Notes: generated by a model from the letters alone, not told the origin. Counted from the stretch's first letter, positions 1 to 8,820 are shown. The stretch is 59,861 bases of DNA from Candidatus Daviesbacteria bacterium (GCA_016186955.1 JACPKP010000001.1:1-59861), one strand, 5' to 3'. Made by a program: numbers and translations.

Positions 1-126
1 GATGCTTACATTATAGCATAAAGCACTTTAATGTATCAACTACTTTCCTTATTAATCTTACTCGATACTCATATCCTTCATCAGGGAAAGAGTCTGCGAA
101 ATTCGACTCCAGGGCAGAAGCCCATA

Positions 127-155
127 TTGACTTAGAGCCCGGGGAGAATAATAAT
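127..155 (+). promoter_or_regulatory. sigma-70-type promoter placed for a leaderless mRNA of the 163..798 gene
   Basis: TTGACT (127-132), 17-nt spacer, AATAAT (150-155), then 7 nt to the ATG at 163. No purine-rich SD in between. Confidence 0.45.
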
Positions 156-162
156 TAAATTA

Positions 163-798
163 ATGCCCAAAAGTTTAAACCAAAAAGGTGTAATAAGCCC
201 GCTTTTAATAATAGTTATTGTTATCTTCTGCCTTGTAGGAATATGGTTTTTCTTTGGCCAGGCAAAATTTAGCTCCGATAAATCTACTGTAAAACAAACC
301 AATGTTAATACTCCGCAAGTGGATAAAAAAGATAAAGATTGGATGTATAAATACTGCCAAGAGGAAGTTTTAAAGCTACCTGAAGCTCCCTTTAAATATA
401 AATCCAAAGAAGGCCCTACCAGAAGTGGAGCAATGGTTTGGATCAGCAAGATGTTTCCTGAGGGGACAAGGTTTGACCATCAGGTGGGATGTAGCATAGG
501 CTATAAGTATAATGAAGCAGAAGCATATGCCTCAGTGGGAGTAGAGCACAAATTTGATATAAAATATGCAAATGAATTTAGTAAAAGCGTTGATGAACTT
601 TTAACAGCAAAAATTGATTCTTCCTGGGAAAAAATATCCCCTTTGGATAAAAAGGTAAGTAGTGAGCCGGGCTATTCCTATGGAGGTTTCCCAATGGTGT
701 TTAAAAGGGAAAATAAAGAATTAGGAACAGTTGAATATATAGATATCTTTTTTGGAGCTAGTATTTTATATATTAAAGTTGAATTATACACAAAATGA
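163..798 (+). CDS. membrane-anchored hypothetical protein, paralog family A
   Basis: 211-aa ORF with N-terminal MPKSLNQKGVISPLLIIVIVIF anchor. Shares the blocks DKKD..W..KYC.EE..K.P.APFKYK.KEG, EAYASVGV..KFDI, DSSW.KISP and GFPMVF.REN with 11936..12610(-), and more distantly with 8061..8732. Stop overlaps the next start (ATGA at 795-798). Confidence 0.8.
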   Translation: MPKSLNQKGVISPLLIIVIVIFCLVGIWFFFGQAKFSSDKSTVKQTNVNTPQVDKKDKDWMYKYCQEEVLKLPEAPFKYKSKEGPTRSGAMVWISKMFPEGTRFDHQVGCSIGYKYNEAEAYASVGVEHKFDIKYANEFSKSVDELLTAKIDSSWEKISPLDKKVSSEPGYSYGGFPMVFKRENKELGTVEYIDIFFGASILYIKVELYTK

Positions 799-1880
799 AA
801 AAATTCATCCTATCTATATTTAAAAACCAAAAAGTCGTCTTTTCCTCAATCATTGTTGCTATCTTATTCTTCCCGCTAACTGTCTTGGCGCAACCTTCCC
901 ATGATAGCTGCACATACAAAGCCTATGATGAGTGTAAGAAAGCTGGCCAAGAATGTGGTGATTCCTGCCTGAAAGTTAAAGAGGATTACGTGGCATGGAC
1001 TAGTTGTCAGGATGGTTGTTATGAAAAAACGAAGAATTGTAATGACGAGACTTATGAAAGATGTATGAAAGGAGACGGAGCTCTCCCAGAAAGTAGTAAA
1101 CCCTCCCCCGAGGATCTGCCTAAGGAAGAAGCGTCCAGAATCACACCTTCTGAACCTTGGAAGCCAATCAAATTTGGGGACCCAAAAAAGATAAATGATT
1201 GGATTATTTCCAATGGTTTAGATTTGAATATTGAAAAAATTGAAACTGGCGCTCAACTGGAAAGGACGCCAAATATTACTCAGGAAGATAAAGAAGCAGC
1301 AAAAAAAGCAGGTGCAAAAAATAAGTTTTATTTAGGTATGAGTTTTTCCGAGACAGGACTGATTAAATTACCGGGTTCATCGGAATTTATTAAGATAGAC
1401 AAGGCACGTTTGTGGGATTTTCCATCAGGATCGACAATTAAAGCCATTGATGAGTCAGTCAAGTTGTTCTCTGGAGATGGCTCTGTCATTATCATTACAC
1501 CTGGTTCAGAAGCGATTCTGCCGGAAACCGGTCCCATGAATATTTTAAACGGTACTGTTGAACTGGAGGGACAACATGATGCAAGTACAGAATTTATAGA
1601 CCTTTTTATTATTGGTACTCATTATTGGATAACTCACGAACCAGGAAAAGAGACAATAGTGGGGGTTTATGAAGGGCAGGTGGAGGTTAAAACAAAGGAT
1701 GGCAAAACCGCAAAAGTTTCCCCCAGCGGTGATAAGCCAGGAGTGGTGGTAGTTTCTCAAAAATTGTCACCTGTTAAACTTTCTATTGTTGGTGGGGTAT
1801 TGGCAGCAGTAGTTGTGGGCACTATATTAATTCTAAAAAGAAAATTTGCTCCAAAAGGACTAAGTAAAAGGAGTAAATGA
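795..1880 (+). CDS. secreted Cys-rich protein with FecR-like beta-sandwich region and C-terminal TM anchor (family B)
   Basis: 361-aa ORF. Signal-like N-terminus (..PLTVLA/QP), then a segment with more than 10 Cys. The C-terminal half is collinear with 6240..7496 (PSPEDL..., GTHYW..., VGVYEG.VEVKTK, KPGVVVVSQKLS, hydrophobic helix, Lys/Arg tail). The GTxxxV...VxVxEGxVxV pattern resembles FecR domains. Confidence 0.75.
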   Translation: MKKFILSIFKNQKVVFSSIIVAILFFPLTVLAQPSHDSCTYKAYDECKKAGQECGDSCLKVKEDYVAWTSCQDGCYEKTKNCNDETYERCMKGDGALPESSKPSPEDLPKEEASRITPSEPWKPIKFGDPKKINDWIISNGLDLNIEKIETGAQLERTPNITQEDKEAAKKAGAKNKFYLGMSFSETGLIKLPGSSEFIKIDKARLWDFPSGSTIKAIDESVKLFSGDGSVIIITPGSEAILPETGPMNILNGTVELEGQHDASTEFIDLFIIGTHYWITHEPGKETIVGVYEGQVEVKTKDGKTAKVSPSGDKPGVVVVSQKLSPVKLSIVGGVLAAVVVGTILILKRKFAPKGLSKRSK

Positions 1881-1948
1881 AAAAATTAACCTGTCTGTAT
1901 CATATAAGTTGACAACCAGGTAAGAAACCATGTTATTATAAATAGTAG

Positions 1949-2479
1949 ATGCAAAAAGGTTTTGCCCAACCTGTTATCCTAATTATTGGTGTAATTTTAG
2001 CTGCCATAATTGCCGGGTTTCTTTTAAGCCAAAATAAGCTCCCCTTTTCTAATAGTTCAAAAGAGCAGCCAAAAGAACAAATTTCTCCGCAAAAAAAAGT
2101 TACAATAACCCCTAAACCGGATCAACCATCAAGCACTTCAAGCAGTCCTAAGGGTGTAGTAATTGTCCAAAAGCCTACCAAAGGAGAAAAAATTACTTCG
2201 CCTTTAACCATATCAGGTTTTGTTTATGGAAATAATGGAACTTTAACGATTAAGTTAAAACAAAGGATAGGTGGTTCTTATGTTACAGAAGACAAGATAG
2301 TAAAAATACAGGGAAAGTCAGATAATATCAGTTTTGCCGAGGCCATCCAATTTGGATTACCGGTAGAGCCCCAAACCGGAATATTGGAAGTTATTTTTAA
2401 GGATAATTCAGGGAAAAGTTTGGATGATAAAGTAGAGATAGAGGTTGAGTTCCCCTCGGATTTAGGTAAAGGTGACTAA
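1949..2479 (+). CDS. membrane-anchored protein with possible Gmad2-type Ig-like domain
   Basis: 176-aa ORF with N-terminal MQKGFAQPVILIIGVILAAI anchor and a Ser/Pro/Lys linker. ITSPLTISGFVYGNNGTLTIKLKQ resembles the Gmad2 Ig-like fold signature. The domain call is tentative. Confidence 0.6.
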   Translation: MQKGFAQPVILIIGVILAAIIAGFLLSQNKLPFSNSSKEQPKEQISPQKKVTITPKPDQPSSTSSSPKGVVIVQKPTKGEKITSPLTISGFVYGNNGTLTIKLKQRIGGSYVTEDKIVKIQGKSDNISFAEAIQFGLPVEPQTGILEVIFKDNSGKSLDDKVEIEVEFPSDLGKGD

Positions 2480-2488
2480 TCTTAAAAA

Positions 2489-4351
2489 ATGCCCAAACTT
2501 ATCCTCTTAGCAGTTGTAGCTATCATAGCTGGGTTTTTTGGCTATAATCAATTACTTGGTAAAACTTATATAGATGCTGATAAAACTGTCAAAGGGGACT
2601 TTCAAGTCGGCCAGGGTAAAACTGCCACATTAAGAAATGGCGCTAAATTAACTGTTGAGGGTAATGTAAGTTTAAATGGTGAGGTGGATTGTCAAAATGG
2701 CCCAATTTATATAGAAGTTAAAGGTAACTTAACGGTTGGTGGAACTATCAAGTGTGAAAGGACAGAAGCAGAAATTCAATCAGGTAGATTAGGAATGGGG
2801 ATGGTTTTTGTAGTCTCTGGCTCTACCACTCTTAGTAAAAATTCTATCTTAATTACTAATGGTAATTTGCAATTTGTTGATAAAGAAGAGAATATTGCCA
2901 AGACCCAAGAAGATATTGAAAAAATCTTTGACGAAGTTGAATCTAGTTCTCCCTCAAATAACACAACACTAGGGCCCCTTGTTCCCAATGGCTTAACTCA
3001 AAAAGATCAAACCTTTAATCTAGTAAAACCTGTTTATGCAGATTCCCACAAGTTTGTCTCGCAAGGGACAATTGTAATTGGGAGCCCCAAAGAAAAACTA
3101 CCTAAAGACTTAAGTATTGCCACTCCACCCAGAGGTATCAGGCATATCATCATCAACTATAATTTACCAGGGGCTGATTTAGAGCTGAAAGACCAAACAA
3201 TTATTGGACCAGATGGGCTAGATGGATTATCAATCAGTGATGAATGTGACATCAACATCCCAGCTAAGGAATCTGAAGTTGATAAAAAAGCTAAAGATGC
3301 GCTGCGTTTTAATGCTAAAGCTCGAAATATTTTTATCAATAATTTTGAGCTTTGGTTAGGCAGTGGTGGCCAAGGTGGTACAGCCCAAACAAAAGTTGAC
3401 TGTTATCCCAAAGCTACAGCCATTGCTGGAGATGGGGGTAAAGCTGGTAATTTCCGCTTCCAAGCCAATAGTGGGATTTATGTCCAGGGCTCTTTTAATA
3501 TCCACCCCGGAATATCAGGATCTGGTGGTGATGCTATAGCTACAGCTGGAGGTGGAGGTAATGGGGTAGATTACCAAGATGGAGAAAAAGGTGGCAGTGC
3601 TTTTGCTAAGGGAGGTAACGGGGCTGATAATATTAAAGATTTATCCTGGTTGGGGGTGGTTAAAGGGGTAGAAAATATTAGCATAGATTCAGTCATTGCT
3701 GGTGCTGGGGGAAATGCAGGAGCCAAAGCTGGTTCTGGGGGAACAGGTGGTTGTGGGGCAAAAGGTGGTCAACCAGGCCAGGCAGAAGCTAAGGGAGGTA
3801 AAGGGGGAAAATACCAACTTAAGATCCCCCAACAAGTTAAAAGAATGGCTGAAGTAAATGATTCTGACGGGCCAGAAGGTAGACCAATAACGGAGTTTGG
3901 GCAAAAAGGCAAAGATGGTTTACCTTGTTCTGATAAAGCAGGCTACATCCCTAAAACCACTAAGCCTGAGGGCTATGCTTATCAAGCTGCACCAGTTTCC
4001 CAAGCAGGAAGTGTGTTTCTATTTAGAGTTTGGCCTAGAGGTTACCATACTCCAACTATGGCTTTAGCTAAAGGACCTATTTATCTTGATATACATCTGT
4101 CTTTACAAGATCCTCAGACAATTAAAGACTACCTACCCATTAGGGTAGTGATGTTTACCAATGGAAATCAATTTTGGGAAGGAACTATGAAGAATGGTAA
4201 TGTTAGCTGTTGGGCTAATGATAGCCTAGATGATTGTGCTTCTATTGCTGGTCCAACCATCTCAGATGATTGGTACATCAGGGGAGAAACCAAACTAACC
4301 TTTAAACTATATGATAAAGAAGGTAAAGAGTTACCTCAGAGGCAAAATTAA
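2489..4351 (+). CDS. large membrane-anchored glycine-rich repeat protein (family C, copy 1)
   Basis: 620-aa ORF with MPKLILLAVVAIIAGFF anchor. The N-terminal segment has alternating G/V/T and looks beta-helix-like. The central block has GGxGG-type repeats (GSGGQGGTA, GDGGKAGN, SGSGGDAIA, AGAGGNAGA, GSGGTGGCGAKGG). Collinear with 4414..6249 except for the C-terminal ~150 aa. Confidence 0.85.
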   Translation: MPKLILLAVVAIIAGFFGYNQLLGKTYIDADKTVKGDFQVGQGKTATLRNGAKLTVEGNVSLNGEVDCQNGPIYIEVKGNLTVGGTIKCERTEAEIQSGRLGMGMVFVVSGSTTLSKNSILITNGNLQFVDKEENIAKTQEDIEKIFDEVESSSPSNNTTLGPLVPNGLTQKDQTFNLVKPVYADSHKFVSQGTIVIGSPKEKLPKDLSIATPPRGIRHIIINYNLPGADLELKDQTIIGPDGLDGLSISDECDINIPAKESEVDKKAKDALRFNAKARNIFINNFELWLGSGGQGGTAQTKVDCYPKATAIAGDGGKAGNFRFQANSGIYVQGSFNIHPGISGSGGDAIATAGGGGNGVDYQDGEKGGSAFAKGGNGADNIKDLSWLGVVKGVENISIDSVIAGAGGNAGAKAGSGGTGGCGAKGGQPGQAEAKGGKGGKYQLKIPQQVKRMAEVNDSDGPEGRPITEFGQKGKDGLPCSDKAGYIPKTTKPEGYAYQAAPVSQAGSVFLFRVWPRGYHTPTMALAKGPIYLDIHLSLQDPQTIKDYLPIRVVMFTNGNQFWEGTMKNGNVSCWANDSLDDCASIAGPTISDDWYIRGETKLTFKLYDKEGKELPQRQN

Positions 4352-4377
4352 ACATGGGTGAAAAAGACATGACATCG

Positions 4378-4405
4378 TTGACTTTTTGAAAGTAGAGGAT
4401 AATAC
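4378..4405 (+). promoter_or_regulatory. candidate promoter just upstream of the 4414 start
   Basis: TTGACT (4378-4383), 16-nt spacer, TAATAC (4400-4405), 8 nt to the ATG at 4414. It has the same TTAAATTAATGCCCAA start context as genes 163 and 16588(-). Confidence 0.35.
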
Positions 4406-4413
4406 TTAAATTA

Positions 4414-6249
4414 ATGCCCAAAATTATTTTAATTAGCTTGGCCGTAATATTAGCAGCATTTTTAGGCTATCAAAACTTTAACTCCAGCTCATCCATTGAT
4501 AAAGATACTGTTATCAGCGGGGATTACAAAATCGGCAAAGATAAAACTATAGTCGTCAGGAACGGTTCAAAGGTTGTGGTTAAGGGTAAAACCGAAATAG
4601 CAGGCAGTTTAAGGTGTGAAAATGGGGCAATCAAGCTTGAAACCCAAGGGGACCTAAAGGTTACAGGAGCAATAGTTTGCAACAGGGATAAAGGTGATAA
4701 GAAACCCTCAGGTGATGAGCAGGGCATAAATATTATTGCCAAAGGAGATTTTGATTTTGAAAAAGATTCGGTTTTGGCAAGCAACGCCCATATCCAGATT
4801 GTTGAAAGCGAAGACCTGCTACTTCAAACTCAAGAAGATTTCAAAAATGCTTTTAATGAAACCGCTCAAGATTCAGGTGAAGGTTTTAGGATCGGCCCGC
4901 TTTTTAACAATATTCCCAAACAGACCACATTTGACAATCTGCCCCAACTACAGATTACACCTCAAACGGATACTAACCTACCTGCTGTTTCATTGATCAA
5001 GACAGTCCAGGCAGATAATAGTAAAAGAGGAGCTTTTAGGGGGAAAATTGGCCAGTCTTGGGGTAATCCGAATGACAAATTGCCGGGATGGGTGGATCTA
5101 AAAGATATCCCGAGATATTTAGACTATCTTCTGTTTTGGGTTAATATGCCCAACAGGACTTTAGAGCTTTATGATTCTGTGATATTTACTCCAAACGGCC
5201 ATGATGCCAAAGATATACTGGGAGGATGTGATATCAACGCCCCTGACGCAGAAAAAATCAAGGATGAAAATGACGATACGGATGCTGTCAAAAAAAACGC
5301 CATGAGAATGAGAGCCAGAGCCAAGGTCATTAAAGTTAAAAATTTCCATTTGTTTTTAGGTGATGGCGGAAAGGGTGGAGATGCTGTGACTGATAAAAAC
5401 TGCAGGCCGGGAAAAGCAATAGCAGGGCATGGGGGGAATGCAGCTAACTTTAAGTGGACAGCCCAGGAAAATATCGACATAGTCGGCAGCTTTTTCATCT
5501 ATCCTGGTAAGGGTGGAGATGGCGGTAAGGCTATAGCTTATGGAGATAAAGGAGATCCGGGATGCCCGGGCAAAACAGGTTTTAACGCTACAGCCAAAGG
5601 AGGATGGGGAGCCCCCAACCATCGGGTTTTGTCAGCCACAGGCGATGTCGGGGGTTTACAAAATATTTACATTGACCAAATGGTTGGAGGAAATGGCGGG
5701 GATGCCGAAGTTTATCCGGGTGAGGGTGGTGATGCTGATAAGTGTGATTGTAAAGGAGGCAAACCCGGTACAGGTTATGCCACACCCGGAAAAGGCGGGG
5801 ATGTGTCTTTGAAATATCCGCCCGGAGTACAAAGAGGGGTGGGTGTAAAGGATGTCAAGGGTGAAGATGGTAAGGCAGTAGGACAAAAAGGATTACTTGG
5901 TAAAGACGGGTCGGCATGTGGCGGAGACAAATCTGTAACGGCAAAACCTTCCCCTTCACCAAAAAAGGTAGATACAACCAGCCAAAATTTCGGTGACCAG
6001 AACCCTGGACAAGCGTCGATAGAGGTGCTGGTAATCAATGGGCAAAATTTCCCGTCCAAACAATTTCGCGTAGCTTCTCCGGATGAGTGCGGGGCTTTGC
6101 ACTATCATGCTGATCTGGAAGTTTCCTCAGTTGATTTAAAAACCCATATGAATGATCCTAACCCCAGCGGATGCGGCTTTGGTAAAGTAGCTGAAATTGT
6201 CAAAAAAACAATCTCAATATCGCAAGAGCAAGCTTACGTATGGCAATGA
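4414..6249 (+). CDS. large membrane-anchored glycine-rich repeat protein (family C, copy 2)
   Basis: 611-aa ORF, paralog of 2489..4351 (MPKIILISLAVILAAF, ..VRNGSKVVVKG.., TQEDFKNAFNE, NFHLFLGDGGKGGDA..). Some units, such as GGKGGDAVT, fit the RTX-like GGxGxDxUx pattern. It has its own C-terminal domain. Stop TGA 6247-6249 overlaps an ATG of the next gene. Confidence 0.85.
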   Translation: MPKIILISLAVILAAFLGYQNFNSSSSIDKDTVISGDYKIGKDKTIVVRNGSKVVVKGKTEIAGSLRCENGAIKLETQGDLKVTGAIVCNRDKGDKKPSGDEQGINIIAKGDFDFEKDSVLASNAHIQIVESEDLLLQTQEDFKNAFNETAQDSGEGFRIGPLFNNIPKQTTFDNLPQLQITPQTDTNLPAVSLIKTVQADNSKRGAFRGKIGQSWGNPNDKLPGWVDLKDIPRYLDYLLFWVNMPNRTLELYDSVIFTPNGHDAKDILGGCDINAPDAEKIKDENDDTDAVKKNAMRMRARAKVIKVKNFHLFLGDGGKGGDAVTDKNCRPGKAIAGHGGNAANFKWTAQENIDIVGSFFIYPGKGGDGGKAIAYGDKGDPGCPGKTGFNATAKGGWGAPNHRVLSATGDVGGLQNIYIDQMVGGNGGDAEVYPGEGGDADKCDCKGGKPGTGYATPGKGGDVSLKYPPGVQRGVGVKDVKGEDGKAVGQKGLLGKDGSACGGDKSVTAKPSPSPKKVDTTSQNFGDQNPGQASIEVLVINGQNFPSKQFRVASPDECGALHYHADLEVSSVDLKTHMNDPNPSGCGFGKVAEIVKKTISISQEQAYVWQ

Positions 6250-7496
6250 GCAAGCTCTTTTCTGCGAAAATGAGCAAGCTCTTTTCTGCGAAAATGAGCA
6301 AGCTCTTTTCTGCGAAAATGAACAAGCTCTTTTCTGCGAAAATGAACAAGCTCTTTTCTGCGAAAATGAACAAGTTCACCCTCCCCATACCCTTCTTGAT
6401 TATCCATCTCTTTTTGTTTTTTGCTTCCAATATTTTTGCCCAAACAATAAATCTGGACGGCACTTGGACAAGCGAATTGGGATACTCTTTTAAAGCTGAA
6501 AAGTCCGGCGACTCTATTTCCCTTATTGTCGAGGCTGGGAAAAATCCTAAACTAATTGGTACAGTTGGATTAACCGGTACTATCAAAGGAAACTCCTTTG
6601 TTGGCAAAGTTTACGAAACCGCTGATGATTGTCCTAATCTAGGTACGTATATTCCTACCACCGGTATTGTCTCTGAAAATACAATTGAACTCACTTACGA
6701 TGCCCCTAAATATTATCCGGAGAGATGTGTCTATTCCGGAAATTATGAAACAATACACGCTGTTCTTACCCGTGTACCTAAACCCTCCCCAGAGGATCTG
6801 TCTCAGGGAGAAGCATTCGGAATCACACCTACTGAATCTTGGATGTCAGTCAAGTTTAGAGATCCAAAAAAGGTGAATGACTGGATTATGGAAAACCTTG
6901 GGGATTATGAAATAAAGCCGGCTCCAATCAGTGAGACTCAGGCTCGGGATCGGATACCACAGATTCAACAGGGTCAACCATCTTCCAATTCAAAAGCCCG
7001 CCAGGTAACTGAAAGCCACTTAATCCCCGGAGCGGTAATCAAAAACTATCAAGAAGGTGTAATGATTGAAATCTCAAAAGGCGGCTGGGTTTATATAGAT
7101 CCATCAGGCGCGGTAAATTACGGTACAGATAGGTGGAGAAATTACTTTGATATTTTAATGGGGACGGTAGAGGTAGAAACGGAAAAAAATACAATTGATA
7201 TAAAAACACCCAACACTAATGTTAAATCTAAAGGTACCCATTATTGGGTTTCCTATGACCCGAAAAAGAAAGAAACAACAGTTGGGGTTTATGAAGGGGA
7301 AGTTGAAGTGAAAACTAAAGGAAGAAATGAATCTGTGCTTGTCTCTCCGGACGGTGGCAAACCTGGAGTGGTGGTAGTTTCTCAAAAACTTTCAGTTATA
7401 AAACTTGCCATTTTAGGTGTGGTACTGGTAGCGGTTGCTGGCGGGGTAATCTGGTTTGTTAAGGGAAGAAAACTAAAGCTTTCCAAAAAAAGATGA
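6240..7496 (+). CDS. secreted protein with FecR-like region and C-terminal TM anchor (family B, copy 2); start codon ambiguous within the repeat
   Basis: 418-aa maximal ORF. After the repeat comes a signal-like MNKFTLPIPFLIIHLFLFFASNIFA/QT. The head domain is unique and the C-terminal ~230 aa are collinear with 795..1880. 24 nt (7365-7388) are identical to 1740-1763. Confidence 0.8.
   Translation: MAMSKLFSAKMSKLFSAKMSKLFSAKMNKLFSAKMNKLFSAKMNKFTLPIPFLIIHLFLFFASNIFAQTINLDGTWTSELGYSFKAEKSGDSISLIVEAGKNPKLIGTVGLTGTIKGNSFVGKVYETADDCPNLGTYIPTTGIVSENTIELTYDAPKYYPERCVYSGNYETIHAVLTRVPKPSPEDLSQGEAFGITPTESWMSVKFRDPKKVNDWIMENLGDYEIKPAPISETQARDRIPQIQQGQPSSNSKARQVTESHLIPGAVIKNYQEGVMIEISKGGWVYIDPSGAVNYGTDRWRNYFDILMGTVEVETEKNTIDIKTPNTNVKSKGTHYWVSYDPKKKETTVGVYEGEVEVKTKGRNESVLVSPDGGKPGVVVVSQKLSVIKLAILGVVLVAVAGGVIWFVKGRKLKLSKKR
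6246..6374 (+). repeat. 24-bp coding tandem repeat, five full units plus a partial sixth
   Basis: ATGAGCAAGCTCTTTTCTGCGAAA x3, then ATGAACAAGCTCTTTTCTGCGAAA x2, then ATGAACAAG.. . Each unit encodes M(S/N)KLFSAK and carries an in-frame ATG. Confidence 0.95.
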
Positions 7497-7987
7497 GCTC
7501 AACACAATTTTGGGTCGGAGCATTGGTACCGCCACTTGTTAAGTGGGCAAATCCATACCTTAAAAAATTTTTCAAGTTAAATGAATTCGACAGCGAGACA
7601 CGGATAAGGGTTTCCACCAAACAATACCCAATTTATTTTGGTTTTCTGTATGGCCTTTGGGTTACGGCACTGCTTAGCAGTGGATTTGCAGTGCTTATTT
7701 GGTTTATGATTTCCGGCCCAGCTTTTTTCTCGGGCAAAAGTTATGCAATCCCGGTCTTTCTTGGGCTTATCAATATGATAGGGGCCTGGTTTATACTTGG
7801 AGCTTTGCTTGATTTTATATTCTGGCAAATATCTTCAGAAAACTTTAGGGACTATATAAAGTTGAAACTGATTAAATCCGGTTGGGGATATGATATAAAG
7901 CAGCAAATAGTGACACTTTTTAAAATTGGTTTTATATATTACCTTCTGACAGCCCCGATAATACTATATTTGCTCTATTTCCTCTAA
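7493..7987 (+). CDS. polytopic membrane protein (about 4 TM), family D
   Basis: 164-aa ORF. Start overlaps the upstream stop (ATGA 7493-7496). Several long hydrophobic segments. A truncated paralog lies at 8821..9033. Confidence 0.7.
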   Translation: MSSTQFWVGALVPPLVKWANPYLKKFFKLNEFDSETRIRVSTKQYPIYFGFLYGLWVTALLSSGFAVLIWFMISGPAFFSGKSYAIPVFLGLINMIGAWFILGALLDFIFWQISSENFRDYIKLKLIKSGWGYDIKQQIVTLFKIGFIYYLLTAPIILYLLYFL

Positions 7988-8025
7988 AACAATTATTACT
8001 ATTAGTATCAAACAGGTTTTACCTC

Positions 8026-8054
8026 TTGCCAAAGTTTTATCCTTGGTTTACTCT
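8026..8054 (+). promoter_or_regulatory. candidate promoter placed for a leaderless mRNA of the 8061 gene
   Basis: TTGCCA (8026-8031), 17-nt spacer, TACTCT (8049-8054), 6 nt to the ATG at 8061. No SD. Confidence 0.35.
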
Positions 8055-8060
8055 TAAATT

Positions 8061-8732
8061 ATGCCTGCCTGCTCCAAAAACCAAGAGGGGATTGCCCCAT
8101 TATTTATAGTATTATTAATTTGTTTTTTCTTTCTTAGCTTCATTTTATGGAATAGGAATATCCCCGGACTTAAAATTCTAAATGATATAAAACCAACACC
8201 TTCCCAAAGTGCAAAGCCAGTCAGCACACAAACCAACTCTCCGTCTGCCTCACCTCAAAAAATGTCTTTGAAAGAAGCCTGTTTGTCTGAAGCAAAGAGT
8301 GTGCCAAAACCACCATTTAGGTACCAACTGGAAGATGGTCCGGTCGGTACCCTCCAGCCCAACTATAAAAAAGATCGGTTTAGTGGAGCTAAAAATATCT
8401 ATTCCTGTTATACAAGCTATATGTATAACAGGGTAATGGTGGAAGCTTTTGCTGATATGGGAGTCACCTACTATACAATAACTAAAACCGGCAGTAAATA
8501 TGTCTTACCAGAAACAATCAAAACATTTGAAAAAAGGGTAGATGAAGCACTTTCTAACAGTTTTGAAAAAGCAGGCTGGGCAAGGCAAACCCAGTATGGT
8601 GAAACCAATGGACGGGTACCAGTAATGCTTCTTACAAAAACCAAAGACGGCAAGCAGTATTTTATGGATATAAGTTACCCAGGTGCCACAGGGGTTGCTT
8701 TTTCTTATATATTAACAGTAATGGAAAAATAG
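8061..8732 (+). CDS. membrane-anchored hypothetical protein, divergent member of family A
   Basis: 223-aa ORF with MPACSKNQEGIAPLFIVLLICFFF anchor. KEACLSEAKSVPKPPFRYQLEDGPVGTL aligns with the KYC.EE..K.P.APFKYK.KEG block of 163..798 and 11936..12610. Confidence 0.75.
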   Translation: MPACSKNQEGIAPLFIVLLICFFFLSFILWNRNIPGLKILNDIKPTPSQSAKPVSTQTNSPSASPQKMSLKEACLSEAKSVPKPPFRYQLEDGPVGTLQPNYKKDRFSGAKNIYSCYTSYMYNRVMVEAFADMGVTYYTITKTGSKYVLPETIKTFEKRVDEALSNSFEKAGWARQTQYGETNGRVPVMLLTKTKDGKQYFMDISYPGATGVAFSYILTVMEK

Positions 8733-8820
8733 TCTACTTCTTGTAAGTAATGAATATTGATTTCAGTTACAATAAGTACAACCATAAATATAGGTAAAAA
8801 AAGGAACATCTGGAGGGTAG

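Noticed and set aside
2776-6059. Numerous 60-110-aa ORFs on the opposite strand or in other frames inside the two glycine-rich genes. Similar ORFs occur inside hisS, dnaB, ychF, prfA and htrA.
   Set aside because: They are fully embedded in longer ORFs that have paralog or family support. Their low-complexity or Ser/Pro/Leu-rich translations are typical of shadow frames.
6246-6374. Possible CRISPR array. The same question applies to 49218-49367.
   Set aside because: The units are directly adjacent with no spacers, they lie inside ORFs and keep the frame, and no cas genes are present.
6197-6607. ORFs 6197..6493(+), 6200..6607(-) and 6234..6443(-) with repetitive translations (NEQALFCE.., IFAEKSL.., FRRKELVH..).
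   Set aside because: They are alternative-frame readings of the 24-bp tandem repeat. The frame continuing into the FecR-like paralog (6240..7496) is the one supported by homology to 795..1880.
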